This document shows, in pieces, positions 28,197 through 38,856 of a stretch of 64,000 nt of DNA. Location: positions 288,001 to 352,000 of the forward strand of contig CAWBVY010000006.1 in NCBI GenBank assembly GCA_963792415.1. Direction: 5' to 3'. The stretch comes from Candidatus Deferrimicrobiaceae bacterium (GTDB lineage: Bacteria; Desulfobacterota; Deferrimicrobia; Deferrimicrobiales; Deferrimicrobiaceae). The translations under genes and the position numbers were made by a program. The number at the start of each line of letters is the position of its first letter. The stretch's first letter is position 1. Below the pieces are notes generated by a model that saw only the letters and a list, made by a program, of their open reading frames with translations, did no database searches and was not told the origin of the DNA.

Positions 28197-30626
28197 CTAC
28201 GAGCGGATTTCCCGGCCGACCCGCTGAAAAAGCAGACCCGCCATGAGGTAGAGGAGCGCGCCGATCACAACCGTCCCGCGGAAGCCGAGCCACAAGGCTC
28301 CGATCGACGCGAGCGACGCCCCGGCCACGGAAAAGAAGCCGTTCGCGGCCCAGGCGAAAGGGATCGCCGAACCGCCTGCCGCGGCAAGGCGCGAGATCGC
28401 CGCCGGGAACGGAATCCCCATCAGGAACGCCGCCGGCGCGAGCGTTGCGACGAACGCGGCCGTCCGCATCGGCCACCCGCGCGCAAGCAGAGGGTTCGCT
28501 GCGGCCGAGAGCATGACGAACCCGGCTACGACGCACACCGCGATGCCCGCGAAGACCCGCCTCATCGCCCGCTCCGATTCCCATCGTCCGGACATGGCGC
28601 TCCCGATCCCGGAGAAAAAGGAAAATCCCCCGATCGCCAGGCCGGCGGCGCGGATGGTATCTCCGAGGACGAGGATGCCGGCCTTTAGGAAGGTGAGCTC
28701 CACCAGCATGTAACCCAGCCCGAGCGCCGAGAAGTAGCCGGCCACGGAGATCGTAGCCGCCTTCCCGGTTCCGTCCCGTGCGAAGGCGGCCGGCAGAAGC
28801 AGAAGCATCGCCGCAAGGACGAGCGACACGCCCAGCGAGAGCACCAGGAACACGATGCCCCACTCTACGAAGGGTATCCACTGGCTCCCGAGGAGCCGCT
28901 TGAACTCCGGCAACGTCCGCAGGCGCAGGAAGCGATGGAAGTACGGCGAGTCGTCGGTGACGGGCGAGAGGTCGAACAGTCCGGTATCGCTTCCCCCGGG
29001 CGGCCCGCTAATGGCATCGGAAACCGCGTCGCGCAGCGCCCGTTCCTCCGCGCCGCTTCCGGCTTCGGAACCCGCAGCGGGCCAGACCATCGAATACCCG
29101 TGGTCGGAGCAGAACCGCCTCACCCGTTCTATCTCTGCCGGATGAAACGGGGTGCGCCGCGCAACCACGGAAAAAGTCCCCCAGCCGTGGATCGCGGCGA
29201 CCCGATCGGCGGCGGGCACAAGGCGGGCGGCCGAGAGCTCGGCCTGGATCGTGCGGAGGATCTTTACGTTCTCCCTCGGGGGGGACTTGAGCCACCCCGA
29301 AAACGCGAGGAGTCCGCCCTCCCCCAGGCGGGCGAGCGCCGCCCGGATTCCCTCGCGCGTGAGGAGGAACGTCTCGCCGGTCGCGTGGACCCCGAGCGAG
29401 GAAAAGGTCGCCGAGGAGATGTCCGCGACCTCGATAACGTCGAAGACCCGTTTGTCCCGGGCGAGGAAGTTGCGCGCCCCTTCTTCCCGGATCTCGACGG
29501 GAAGAGACCCCGGCCATCCCCCCGAGAACCCGGAGAGGTCCTCGCGGACCAGTCGCACGAGTTCCTGCGCGGGCTCCACGATCGTAATGGCTGATGCGGC
29601 GTTCGCCGCGGCCGTCAACACCCCTTCCGTCCCACCGAGGCCGAGCAGGAGGACCCGCGGATGTTCAAAAAGCCGGTACGGGAGAACGGAGGGAAAATAA
29701 TCGAGATACGCGGGGGACGTCCTGAAACCATCCTTCGGAACGATTCCGCGCTGCTCGCCATCCGCGAACAGCGTTGCCTGCGGCGGGATCTCTCCCGCGA
29801 AACGGATGCTCAGCCCCGGCGCGCTGTGGACCCCCGGGGCAAAGAGTGCCCGGTAATCTCCCGAAATTCCGAAACGGTATGCGATCTCCCGCGCCCCCGG
29901 CAGGTTCCGGACGGCAGCCAGATCCTTGTAGGGCGAGAGCTTGAGATCCGCGGGCGGGATGACCGTGAGGAAGAGGATGGCGCACAGCGCGGCCACGCGG
30001 CCCTTTCGCAATCCCCCGCCCTTGTCCGAAAGGACAAAGGCGCACGCCACCGCCCCGAGCGCGAGGGGAAGCCGCAGGAGCCCCCCGGTCGGCACGAGCA
30101 TGAGGAACGGGAGCGCGACGAGAGCGCCGGCCGCCGACCCCGCGAAGGACGCCGCGTAGACCGGGCCGGGCCGCAAGCCGAGGAACGCGAACGGGATCGC
30201 CATCGCGCAGCCCGAAAGGAAAAAGGGCACGGCGAGAAGGAAGAAGAAGCCCCCGAATCGCGGCCACGCCACGGGATCCCACAGGAGCAGGAACGGGTCG
30301 AACGAGACGAACTGCGAGGCGCGGAACGCGAGGTCGAACGCCGGCGCGGCGAGAAGGACCATCCACGCGAAGAACCGGCCTGGAGACCTTTCAACGCGCC
30401 GCCGTGCGATCTGGAGCGCGACCCCTGCGCCCCCGAAGCCGAGCATCGCCTGTGAGACGATCAGCGGGACGAAGTGCGGCCAGAACCGGAACGACAGAAG
30501 GCGAATGAGGACGATCTCGTTCGCCAGCGTGGCCGCCGAAAGGAAGAAGACGGCGAGAACGATTCTTCCCGCCTTCGCGTCCGCGAAAACCGGATCCCCG
30601 CGGTCCCTTGGCGCTGCCGTGGACAA
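28197..30626 (-). CDS. Membrane-embedded spermidine-synthase-like methyltransferase
   Basis: N- and C-terminal TM bundles; LLLGLGG, IVEP, PVTDDSPYF. Confidence 0.8.
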   Translation of the reverse strand: MSTAAPRDRGDPVFADAKAGRIVLAVFFLSAATLANEIVLIRLLSFRFWPHFVPLIVSQAMLGFGGAGVALQIARRRVERSPGRFFAWMVLLAAPAFDLAFRASQFVSFDPFLLLWDPVAWPRFGGFFFLLAVPFFLSGCAMAIPFAFLGLRPGPVYAASFAGSAAGALVALPFLMLVPTGGLLRLPLALGAVACAFVLSDKGGGLRKGRVAALCAILFLTVIPPADLKLSPYKDLAAVRNLPGAREIAYRFGISGDYRALFAPGVHSAPGLSIRFAGEIPPQATLFADGEQRGIVPKDGFRTSPAYLDYFPSVLPYRLFEHPRVLLLGLGGTEGVLTAAANAASAITIVEPAQELVRLVREDLSGFSGGWPGSLPVEIREEGARNFLARDKRVFDVIEVADISSATFSSLGVHATGETFLLTREGIRAALARLGEGGLLAFSGWLKSPPRENVKILRTIQAELSAARLVPAADRVAAIHGWGTFSVVARRTPFHPAEIERVRRFCSDHGYSMVWPAAGSEAGSGAEERALRDAVSDAISGPPGGSDTGLFDLSPVTDDSPYFHRFLRLRTLPEFKRLLGSQWIPFVEWGIVFLVLSLGVSLVLAAMLLLLPAAFARDGTGKAATISVAGYFSALGLGYMLVELTFLKAGILVLGDTIRAAGLAIGGFSFFSGIGSAMSGRWESERAMRRVFAGIAVCVVAGFVMLSAAANPLLARGWPMRTAAFVATLAPAAFLMGIPFPAAISRLAAAGGSAIPFAWAANGFFSVAGASLASIGALWLGFRGTVVIGALLYLMAGLLFQRVGREIRS

Positions 30627-30638
30627 GCGGGGGCCCCG

Positions 30639-31349
30639 TCAGTGTCCAAGGAGGCGGACGAAGGCGACGGGAAGAACATTTCTTTGGGTAATCTCGCCTC
30701 GGGCGTCCTTCTCGATGAAGACGAGGTTCTGGGTCATGAAGGGCCCGCCGACCGGCATGATCATCCGACCCCCGTTCCCGAGCTGGCGCAGAAGAGGCGG
30801 GGGGATGTGCCCCCCCGCGCAGGTCACGATGATGGCGTCGAACGGCCCCTTCTCCTCCCAGCCGTAATAACCGTCCCCCTGCCGGAGGACGACGTTGCGG
30901 AACCCGAGGTCCGAAAGCGTCCGCCGGCTGCGGGCGGCCAGGGATTCGAGGATCTCCACGGAGTAGACCTCCGCGGCGAGCTTCGCGGCGACCGCCGCCT
31001 GGTAGCCGGACCCGGTTCCCACCTCGAGAACACGGTCGGTCTCCTTGAGGCGCAGGATCTGCGTCATGAAGCCGACGACGTAGGGTTGCGAGATCGTCTG
31101 CCCTTCCCCGATGGGCAGGGGATACGGTTCATACGCCTTCGCCCGGAACGAAGGGGGAACAAACAGGTGCCGCGGGACGTCCCGCATCGCGGCCAGAACG
31201 CGCGGATCGGAAACCCCATCGCGCTCGATCTGGTCGCGCACCATCGCCGCCCGCTTCTGCAGGTACGGGTCGTCTGTCGCCAGCGCCGGATGGAGCGCCG
31301 CCGACAGGACGGCCGCGGCGATCGTGAGAAGAGAGAGGGCAATTTTCAT
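30639..31349 (-). CDS. pcm: Protein-L-isoaspartate O-methyltransferase
   Basis: VPRHLF, GQTISQP, LEVGTGSGYQAA, GDGYYGW. Confidence 0.93.
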   Translation of the reverse strand: MKIALSLLTIAAAVLSAALHPALATDDPYLQKRAAMVRDQIERDGVSDPRVLAAMRDVPRHLFVPPSFRAKAYEPYPLPIGEGQTISQPYVVGFMTQILRLKETDRVLEVGTGSGYQAAVAAKLAAEVYSVEILESLAARSRRTLSDLGFRNVVLRQGDGYYGWEEKGPFDAIIVTCAGGHIPPPLLRQLGNGGRMIMPVGGPFMTQNLVFIEKDARGEITQRNVLPVAFVRLLGH

Positions 31350-31484
31350 GGCTTCCGCATCTCCGAAGGCGTCAGGATCGACTCCCTCCGTACGTTGTGC
31401 GCAATACCCACTATAATGTCATTGTATACGCAAATCGGAATGTGCCGTTGCGTCGTGTCACCATCCCTATCCCGCCACCTCATG

Positions 31485-31581
31485 GATCGCATACTCTTTT
31501 CAATGGGATCCCTCGCAGCAACCGACCTTCGGGTGGGTGAACCATGATTCGGGTGGACCGATAATCGAGGGGGGCAGGTCA
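31485..31581 (+). repeat. att-like module copy E plus outward IS3-like end
   Basis: 31485-31533 is homologous to copy D; TGGACCGATAATCGAGGGGGGCAGGTCA at 31554-31581. Confidence 0.7.
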
Positions 31582-31714
31582 ACATTCCAGCTGAAAACCC
31601 GGTGAAAACTTTTCGGGGGCCCGGGAATGGTTTTCTGCGGAGAACCGTTGTATAATCCAGCATTATTGCAGTCGAATCCACCGCCATACCGACAGGATAA
31701 ATGGAGGAAATCGT

Positions 31715-32041
31715 ATGCACAAACATGAATTCAATTTTGAAGACTTTATCGAGAACGTCAAGGATATGGACTATAACGACATCATGAATTATGGAAACAT
31801 GATAGTTACCGAAAGTGAAAGTTTTTTAAAATCACATCATGATGCCGGAATGGAAGTAAACATGGAAATGAAACAATATTCTGAAAAAATAAAGGCTTTT
31901 CTATTATTCATAAGTCAAGGCATTAAACCCAGATTCATAAGCGCGCACGACTTCAAACTGTATCGTATTGTCGTTGAGTTTCTGGTTGCCAAGGAACAGA
32001 TGAAACCGGAAGCGATCAACGTTTTTATCAGTTCAAAATAA
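31715..32041 (+). CDS. Hypothetical protein (AT-rich)
   Basis: GGAGG RBS, TATAAT upstream, 108 aa. Confidence 0.7.
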   Translation: MHKHEFNFEDFIENVKDMDYNDIMNYGNMIVTESESFLKSHHDAGMEVNMEMKQYSEKIKAFLLFISQGIKPRFISAHDFKLYRIVVEFLVAKEQMKPEAINVFISSK

Positions 32042-32072
32042 AAGATCTTCGCCCGCCAGCCATGCTCCCCCT

Positions 32073-32813
32073 TCAGGCAATTTCCGCCCTTGCGGCCGGA
32101 TTGAAGGGATTCGTTCGCACCGCCAGGGAAAAGAGGTAGGGGTAGTTCTCCTGGAGGTGTCTCATGTACGACAGCCATTCCGCCCCGAGCAGGACGTAAA
32201 CCCGCTTGATGTCTCCGATCAGGTGGTCATAGTCGGATTGCGGCAGAGAGGAAACGTCCCGCCGATTCCCCAGCTCCTCGGCAAGGTGGAACACCGCCCA
32301 CAGCAGCTCGGTGAACGCTTCGTGCTCCAGCAGGTTGGGATTTCCCAGCAGGCTCAACAGGAACTGCTTCTTCGCCATCAGAAAGGAGCACAGCTTTTCC
32401 CAGTCGATATCCGCGCGTGCAACGTTGTGGTCGAAATCCTGGAGGTCGCCCCGGGCCTGCTGGTATTCGGCCTCCCCCTATTCCGCACTTACCAGCAAGC
32501 GCTTCAGGGGCGCCTCCGCCTTCGGCTTCCTTTTCGAGAAGAGCCGGATCAGCTCGGTGCCGACCTCGCTGAAGAAGCTGCCGATCACCATGTTGAGTTT
32601 TTTCAGCATCGACTGTTTTTCACGGCGGCCCAGGAGTTCGTTGATGACCACCGTGACGAGGTACACGGAGACCGGCAGGAAAGCGAGCTGGACGAGCATG
32701 GTCTTGAAGATGTAATCGGCGTCCCGGAACACAAAGTAGTGGAAGAGGCTGAAAGCGACGGCGAACATCAGAAAGATCGCCGCCATCCGGCCTCGCCACG
32801 GAAGAAATTTCAT
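32073..32813 (-). pseudogene. Conserved membrane protein with in-frame TAG at 32478-32480
   Basis: ORFs 32478..32870 and 32073..32378 are in frame; LLEHEAFTELLWAVFHLAEEL motif. Confidence 0.8.
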
Positions 32814-33078
32814 TATCGCCCCCTCCTCGAAGGAGATTTTCTCCAACTTTAAAACCGATCCTCCGTTCACAAGACGTCCACAAACTCCATCCGGGGAACC
32901 GGCATTTTATCAGTTACGATGTGTTGGCGATATGAACCTCAAGGATGCGCGAAGAAAAAAGGGGGCAGAGGAAACGCGTTCCCCGGAAGTAGCGGTCGTC
33001 GCATGCAAAGCTTCGTGAAGCGCGTTCCACCTGCGGAGCATCTATTCTTCATCACCGAAAGAGAATGGGGGAAGGGAC

Positions 33079-34149
33079 ATGATCAAAACCGTCGGATATG
33101 CCGCTCAAGGTGCGACCACGCCGCTGGAAACCTTCCGTTTCGAGCGCAGGGAACCGGGGGAAAACGACGTCCGCATCGAGATCCTCCACTGCGGAGTCTG
33201 CCACTCCGACCTGCATACAGCGCGGAACGAGTGGAAGGGATCGACCTACCCCGTCGTACCGGGCCACGAGATCGTCGGGCGGGTGTCGCAGGTGGGCTCC
33301 GGGGTGAAGGGGTTCCGGCGGGGCGATCTTGCCGCTGTCGGCTGCATGGTCGACTCGTGCCGGAGCTGTCCCGACTGCATGGAAGGGTTGGAACAGTACT
33401 GCCGCAACGAGATCGTCTTCACCTACAACAGCAACGATCGGCACACCGGCGGAATGACCTACGGCGGCTACTCGGGCTGCATCGTCGTCGACGAGAGGTT
33501 CGTCCTGCGGGTGCCGGCGAACCTCGACCTCCCCGCGGTAGCCCCGCTTCTGTGCGCGGGCATCACGACGTACTCCCCGCTGCGCCACTGGAAGGTCGGG
33601 AAGGGCGACACGGTCGGCGTGGTCGGCCTCGGGGGGCTGGGGCACATGGCGGTCAAGCTGGCCAACGCTTTCGGCGCGACCGTGGTGATGTTCACCACCA
33701 CTCCGGGCAAGGCCGCCGACGCGAAGCGGCTGGGTGCCCATGAGGTAGTCATATCGAAGAACCCCGACGAGATGAGAAAGCAGGCGAACCGGTTCGACTT
33801 CCTCCTGAACACGGTGGCCGCGCCGCACGATCTCGACGCGTTCCTCAACCTGCTCCGGCGCGACGGCACGATGTGCATGGTCGGCGCCCCCGCACTGCCG
33901 CACCCGTCGCCCAACGTCTTCAACCTGATCTTCGGGCGTCGGAAGCTTTCCGGTTCGCTGATCGGTGGGATCCAGGAGACCCAGGAGATGCTCGATTTCT
34001 GCGGGGAGCATGAAATCGTGTCCGACATCGAGCAGATTCCGATCCAGAGGATCAATGAGGCTTACGAGCGGATGCTCCGGAGCGACGTGAAATACCGCTT
34101 CGTCATCGACATGGCGTCCTTGCAGAAGGAGAAGCAAGAAAGGCAATAA
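33079..34149 (+). CDS. Zn-dependent NAD(P) alcohol dehydrogenase (cinnamyl-ADH-like)
   Basis: CGVCHSD, GHEIVG, CxxCxxC, GLGGLG. Confidence 0.94.
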   Translation: MIKTVGYAAQGATTPLETFRFERREPGENDVRIEILHCGVCHSDLHTARNEWKGSTYPVVPGHEIVGRVSQVGSGVKGFRRGDLAAVGCMVDSCRSCPDCMEGLEQYCRNEIVFTYNSNDRHTGGMTYGGYSGCIVVDERFVLRVPANLDLPAVAPLLCAGITTYSPLRHWKVGKGDTVGVVGLGGLGHMAVKLANAFGATVVMFTTTPGKAADAKRLGAHEVVISKNPDEMRKQANRFDFLLNTVAAPHDLDAFLNLLRRDGTMCMVGAPALPHPSPNVFNLIFGRRKLSGSLIGGIQETQEMLDFCGEHEIVSDIEQIPIQRINEAYERMLRSDVKYRFVIDMASLQKEKQERQ

Positions 34150-34153
34150 GATA

Positions 34154-34188
34154 AGGGCGGACCGATCGGGGGGAGGCTGGTCCGCCCT
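34154..34188. terminator. Hairpin between convergent genes
   Basis: AGGGCGGACC...GGTCCGCCCT. Confidence 0.55.
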
Positions 34189-34212
34189 ATCCACTGAGAA
34201 CCAGGAGGAAGA

Positions 34213-34575
34213 TTACCATTCCCGGTAATTATAATTTCTCAACCTCCCGGTATTGCGGTCAAAGAGACAATTCAGTTCTTCACCCGTTTCCGTAGGTGTC
34301 GTCATCCCCATGCCCAAAAACCCCATTGAGACACCCCCGGAGACCGTCCCGAAATTCACTTTTCGCCATGTGTGCCATATGCCTTCCGGAGTCTCGATGG
34401 ATTGTTGCGGTGGCCCCATCGTCGGTATCAAATCGTCGAGAGTTGCTATGCCGATGTTCGAGGAGAGCCATTCATCAGATGCTTTGCGCTGAGCCGCTTT
34501 CCCTCCGCCGCACGAAAAAAACAGCAGGGGTATCAGGGTGCAGAGCATCAGGATAAGCTTCGGCCGAGGAGGCAT
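34213..34575 (-). CDS. Hypothetical lipoprotein
   Basis: LFFSC lipobox; MGPPQQS. Confidence 0.65.
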   Translation of the reverse strand: MPPRPKLILMLCTLIPLLFFSCGGGKAAQRKASDEWLSSNIGIATLDDLIPTMGPPQQSIETPEGIWHTWRKVNFGTVSGGVSMGFLGMGMTTPTETGEELNCLFDRNTGRLRNYNYREW

Positions 34576-34680
34576 AGGGAACGGCAACTTGCCCACAGAT
34601 GCCTTCTTTAACAAGGGGTTAGGAGCGGGTTCTCTCACTTTTCAACCCATATCGAAATGCCCGTATCGCACCTCGCCTCG

Positions 34681-34740
34681 GTCGTAATCCGTGAGTTCGA
34701 CATCGTAGGCATCCCCATTTTCAAATCGGAAACAAATGCA
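34681..34740 (-). pseudogene. 3' remnant of a HigB/RelE-type toxin
   Basis: CICFRFENGDAYDVELTDY resembles HigB C-termini. Confidence 0.55.
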
Positions 34741-34880
34741 CAAAGTGTAATCCGTCTCGTGACACATGTCAGCAGGAGCGTGCAATTGACGCGTAAGATG
34801 GAATCTCCGCGTATAATATATAATTGGATTACGAAACCTGCCACGCAGCACCATGGTTTGATTTTCATTCGGAGGGACAC

Positions 34881-35579
34881 ATGATCGACGCGGAAAACAG
34901 GGTGCGGCGGAGCGTAAAAATCACCGGGGCGGTGCTTGTGGGGGCCCTGCTGCTGTCGGCCGGATGTGCGACGAACCCCGACGGGACCACGGAGTACAAA
35001 CGCACGGCGACCGGGGCCCTGGGAGGCGCCGCGGTGGGCGCGGGCGTCGGGGCGCTGATCGCGGGCAGCGGGCACCGCGGAACGGGTGCTCTCATCGGCG
35101 GCGTCGTGGGAGCTGCCGGAGGGGGCGCAATCGGAAACTACATGGACAGGCAGGCGGCGGAGATGAAACGGAAGCTCCCCGAAGCCGCCGTCGCCCGCGA
35201 GGGAGACAAGCTGTACGTCGCTCTCCCCTCGGGCATACTGTTCGACGTCGACAAAACGGAGGTCAAGCCCGCGGCCAGGGATTCGATCGCGAAGGCGGCG
35301 GAGGTGCTGCTGAAATATCCGGACACCTACATCACGGTGGAGGGGCACACCGACTCCACCGGGACGGCGGAACACAATCAGAAGCTCAGCGAACGGCGAG
35401 CCGACGCGGTCCGGGACCAGCTCCTGAGGGACGGCGTCCCCGCGTCGAGAATGAGCATCAAGGGGTACGGGGAATCCAATCCCGTCGCCGACAACTCCAC
35501 TCCGGAAGGACGGCAGTCGAATCGGCGGGTTCAGCTCGAGATCCGGCCGAACGAGAAACTGAAGGCCCAGCAGGGCTGA
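34881..35579 (+). CDS. OmpA-family lipoprotein with glycine zipper
   Basis: LSAGC lipobox, Gly zipper, GHTDSTG, NQKLSERRA, NRRV. Confidence 0.93.
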   Translation: MIDAENRVRRSVKITGAVLVGALLLSAGCATNPDGTTEYKRTATGALGGAAVGAGVGALIAGSGHRGTGALIGGVVGAAGGGAIGNYMDRQAAEMKRKLPEAAVAREGDKLYVALPSGILFDVDKTEVKPAARDSIAKAAEVLLKYPDTYITVEGHTDSTGTAEHNQKLSERRADAVRDQLLRDGVPASRMSIKGYGESNPVADNSTPEGRQSNRRVQLEIRPNEKLKAQQG

Positions 35580-35774
35580 ACGGTAAAATCGATGGCAAAC
35601 CGTCAGCAAGAGGCCCAAATATGGTCAGAACATAAACGGGGAGACAATCGGCTGCGTCCTGTTCGTCGAAAACGGTGCTTCCCTTCATTTCTGGAACTCC
35701 ACGTCTGTTACGGCAACCTTGACCTTCTTCGCCCAATCTGATGGTGCTCCGACAATCGGCACGAATCATGGTTC

Positions 35775-35925
35775 AATGCCTGGTTCGCCTCATTCCACGC
35801 CTTGCTGACTTCATCGAGACCGTTCCTTGCGCTTTCCAGTTTCGCCTTGTCCAGATTCTTCGAAAGCTTCTCGCTCCTCTTGGGGACAGGGAGTCGATGC
35901 GGCTCTGGATGTCGGCGATCATCTT
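35775..35925 (-). pseudogene. Degenerate duplicate of the C-terminal part of the 35919..36560 lipoprotein
   Basis: KLSKNLDKAKLESARNGLDEVSKAWNEA versus KLPKNLDKAKLESAKSDLAEVSKSWDEA. Confidence 0.75.
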
Positions 35926-36560
35926 CCCCCGGCGGCAGGAGTCTCAACCGAATATTCCCGTCCTCGGAGGGTTCCTTCCGATGGGGGAGCCGACATCCCG
36001 AGGGAGGACATGATCTGGGCGGCCTTCTCCCTGGCACCATTCCCCTTCGCGAGGGCGTCCGCAAGGCTGCCTTCCTTGTAGGCCTTGCCCGCCTCGTCCC
36101 ACGACTTGCTGACTTCGGCCAAGTCGCTCTTGGCGCTTTCCAGTTTCGCCTTGTCCAGATTCTTCGGAAGCTTCTTGCTGTTGGACAGGGCATCGACGCG
36201 GCTCTGAATGGCGAAGATCGTCATCGGCATCCCGGCGTTCAGCTCCTCCCAATCCTTCGTCAGTTCGGCCTTCTTGGCCGCCGACGCGGAAACAAGATCC
36301 TTCGCTTGGGCGGTGACGGCGGTCGCGGCGGAAGTGGCTCCCGCGTAATCCCCCTTGGCGAAGGTGTCCTTCGCCGCTTTCAGGGCTTCTTCCACGGTCT
36401 TCACCTGGTCCGGGACGTACTTCATCGCCTCGGCCTTTGTGGAGTTCAGGGCCTCTTCCGCCGCCTTGAGCGCCTGCTCGGCGGGGGCCTTCTGGTTGGA
36501 GCACGCGGCGAGCGCGACGGCGAACAGGAAGCATGCGACGACCGAAAGAATTCTTTTCAT
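35919..36560 (-). CDS. Helical Ala/Lys-rich lipoprotein
   Basis: LAAC lipobox. Confidence 0.8.
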   Translation of the reverse strand: MKRILSVVACFLFAVALAACSNQKAPAEQALKAAEEALNSTKAEAMKYVPDQVKTVEEALKAAKDTFAKGDYAGATSAATAVTAQAKDLVSASAAKKAELTKDWEELNAGMPMTIFAIQSRVDALSNSKKLPKNLDKAKLESAKSDLAEVSKSWDEAGKAYKEGSLADALAKGNGAREKAAQIMSSLGMSAPPSEGTLRGREYSVETPAAGGR

Positions 36561-36771
36561 GATGGCATTCCCTCCTCCAGGGACGTTTACAGAGCGGGAA
36601 CGGAATGCGTCTATATGAAAAATGTACTACTTAATGTGGGGAAGAAGCAATATCCCAAGGGGCAAACGCCCCCCTGCTCTGCTTTCCCCTGAAACCCCTC
36701 CAACGTCGCAAGGGATTTACCCCTTCAAAGCGGCCTGCTTCCCAAAAACCGAAAACGGATCAATGGAGGAG

Positions 36772-36856
36772 TTCCCCTCGTCAACAGCGTCCCAGTGAAA
36801 CCCCCTGTCCCTCCCCCCCCGAAAAAAAGTTTGTTCACAATGGGTTAGCAGTCCGA
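36772..36856 (-). repeat. R2 promoter-like module copy
   Basis: CGTCAACAGCG...AAACCCCC...CCGAAAAAA...TTGTT...GGGTTAGCAGTCCG. Confidence 0.55.
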
Positions 36857-37035
36857 GCGGCTTCTCCCTCGCTTGTCCACTACTACGCCACCTGGCGCGG
36901 GAAGATTGCCGAAAAGGGCGAGTTCCCTTTCCGGCCGCGACAAGCGAAAAAGGAATTTTTTATCTGGATTGCTTTTCCCGGGGGATTACCCGGATAATGA
37001 GCTAATGTCTGCGACTGGAGCCTGCGTTGCCATCG

Positions 37036-37751
37036 ATGGTCATCGTGTGCAGGAGCTGCGGAGCCCGCTTCCGCATGACCCACGCGCTTTTTCAGGATGC
37101 GAAAGGGGCCCGCATCCGTTGCCGCAAGTGCGGCGGGCACATCGAGGTGCGGCACCCCGAGGCATCACCGGTCCCCCCTGCTCTTGAGGTGCCCGGCACA
37201 CTCGCGTACGAGCCTGCCCCAACCGCTTTTCCCGAAATACCGGAAGTCGTCCCCAAGGAAGGTCCTGTGACGGCCCCCGCGTTGCCCACCGAAAATCCGC
37301 TTGCTCACGCACCGTCGAGCGACGCCCTGGTGCCACCCGAAAAACCGGGGCCGGAAAAGGAAGCTCCCATGCCGGAGGAGGACGTCTTTTCCCCCTCCCC
37401 CCCACCTTCGAGCCGGGCGATACCGAACCGGAAGAAGAATCGAAGCACGCACCGCACGCCCCGGGGATGGAAACCGTTCCGCCTATGGACGCGCCGGATG
37501 CCGAATCCGCCATAAACGGCACCAGGGATGGTGTGAATGGGAAAATCTACGCTGTCTATCGTCTCGGTTACTGGAACAACAAGCTCGAACTCGTGGGGAA
37601 GGTGGTGGAACGTCGGAAGGAAGAGCGGAAGAACAATGCCGCGGATATGTTGCAATGGGCCCAAAAAATTTACGCAGCTTCGTCGATTGATTCAAGCATA
37701 TTCATCGTCAAGGAAGGCTCCCCTGGGGGGGCGATCTTCGGGGGCGCATAG
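37036..37751 (+). pseudogene. MJ0042-type zinc-ribbon protein joined by a frameshift to a small conserved domain
   Basis: MVIVCRSCGARF...IRCRKCG, Pro-rich linker, then KIYAVYRLGY...VERRKEERKNNAADML in a second frame. Confidence 0.5.
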
Positions 37752-38220
37752 GCCATCCTCGACCCTGTGAGGAGTATTGCTATACGCTAATCGATCTCCG
37801 ATTGTCATCTGTCAGGGACGCGAGGGAGAGCGTTCAACCCCTACTGTCCGACTGCTCCGCCCCACTATTGGGGGGAGATGATCGCAGTACCCTGATCCCT
37901 TATCTGGTGCGCGAAAGAGGACGGAGCCGGAGGGCCCCGTCCTCACTCCCATATGGGTGCGGATTTACCGCTATTTCCCTCATGCTCGATCCATCGGAAC
38001 CGGGGAGGGCACGCCCCGTCGTCTTTTCCTCTAAGGAAGCCCCTTGAGGATCTGGTCCATCTCCTGAGCCGAAAAGGCCTTGAGCGTCTCCGTCTTGGCG
38101 TTTCCCAACATCCCCAAGCCCAACGCCACGCGGGGAGTTCTCACATCAGAAAGTGAATGCCGAACGGCCAGCACCGACCGACTCCGCCGGTACTGGCCCC
38201 CCGAGCTTTCGTTTGCCGGG

Positions 38221-38424
38221 TTACTTCAGGATAAATCCGCCTGTCCCACGGACCTCCCGAGCAACCTCCGCCATTTCCTGCTTCGAGACGCGCCTCCCGC
38301 TTTGCACGATGTGGCTCAATTTGCACGCCTTATCGACGACACCGCTCCAGGTATGCTGCGTCGCTGTGTCCCGATCCGTGGCCTTTCCGTTCGCCGATCC
38401 CGTCCCGGGTTTTCCTTTTTCCAT
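38221..38424 (-). CDS. Small hypothetical protein
   Basis: AAGGAGG RBS, 67 aa. Confidence 0.55.
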   Translation of the reverse strand: MEKGKPGTGSANGKATDRDTATQHTWSGVVDKACKLSHIVQSGRRVSKQEMAEVAREVRGTGGFILK

Positions 38425-38856
38425 GGCGCGCCTCCTTTCCGCTGTTTGTTGTTTGCTCTCAACAACAGCATTACGAATGCCAATAGGAGCAGTAATTGGA
38501 GTTGGCCCCTAAGTAGCTATCTTTTAACAGTAAATACGGACAGCATGTTCGCGGGACGAATCACTCCTTTCCTGCGTGGTGGTGATATATGGTCTACATG
38601 TCAACATGTCGACATTTTACCCATTAGTGGTTACCGGAGACGCGCGGAACCCCGGGGCGAGCTCGTGGACCGAGACGATCTCTCTCACCGCCACAGCAAC
38701 TTACGGGCGCCTGCTCGGGACTTGCAGCCTCCAACGTCCGCGAACGCTCCCGCCCCGAGGGGGATCGTGGCGCGTCAGGGAACCTCCTGAAGATTTCACC
38801 CGCATCTTCCGATATACCGTACTGCCTCGTTTTTCGCCTGGGACAAGGAGGAGATT

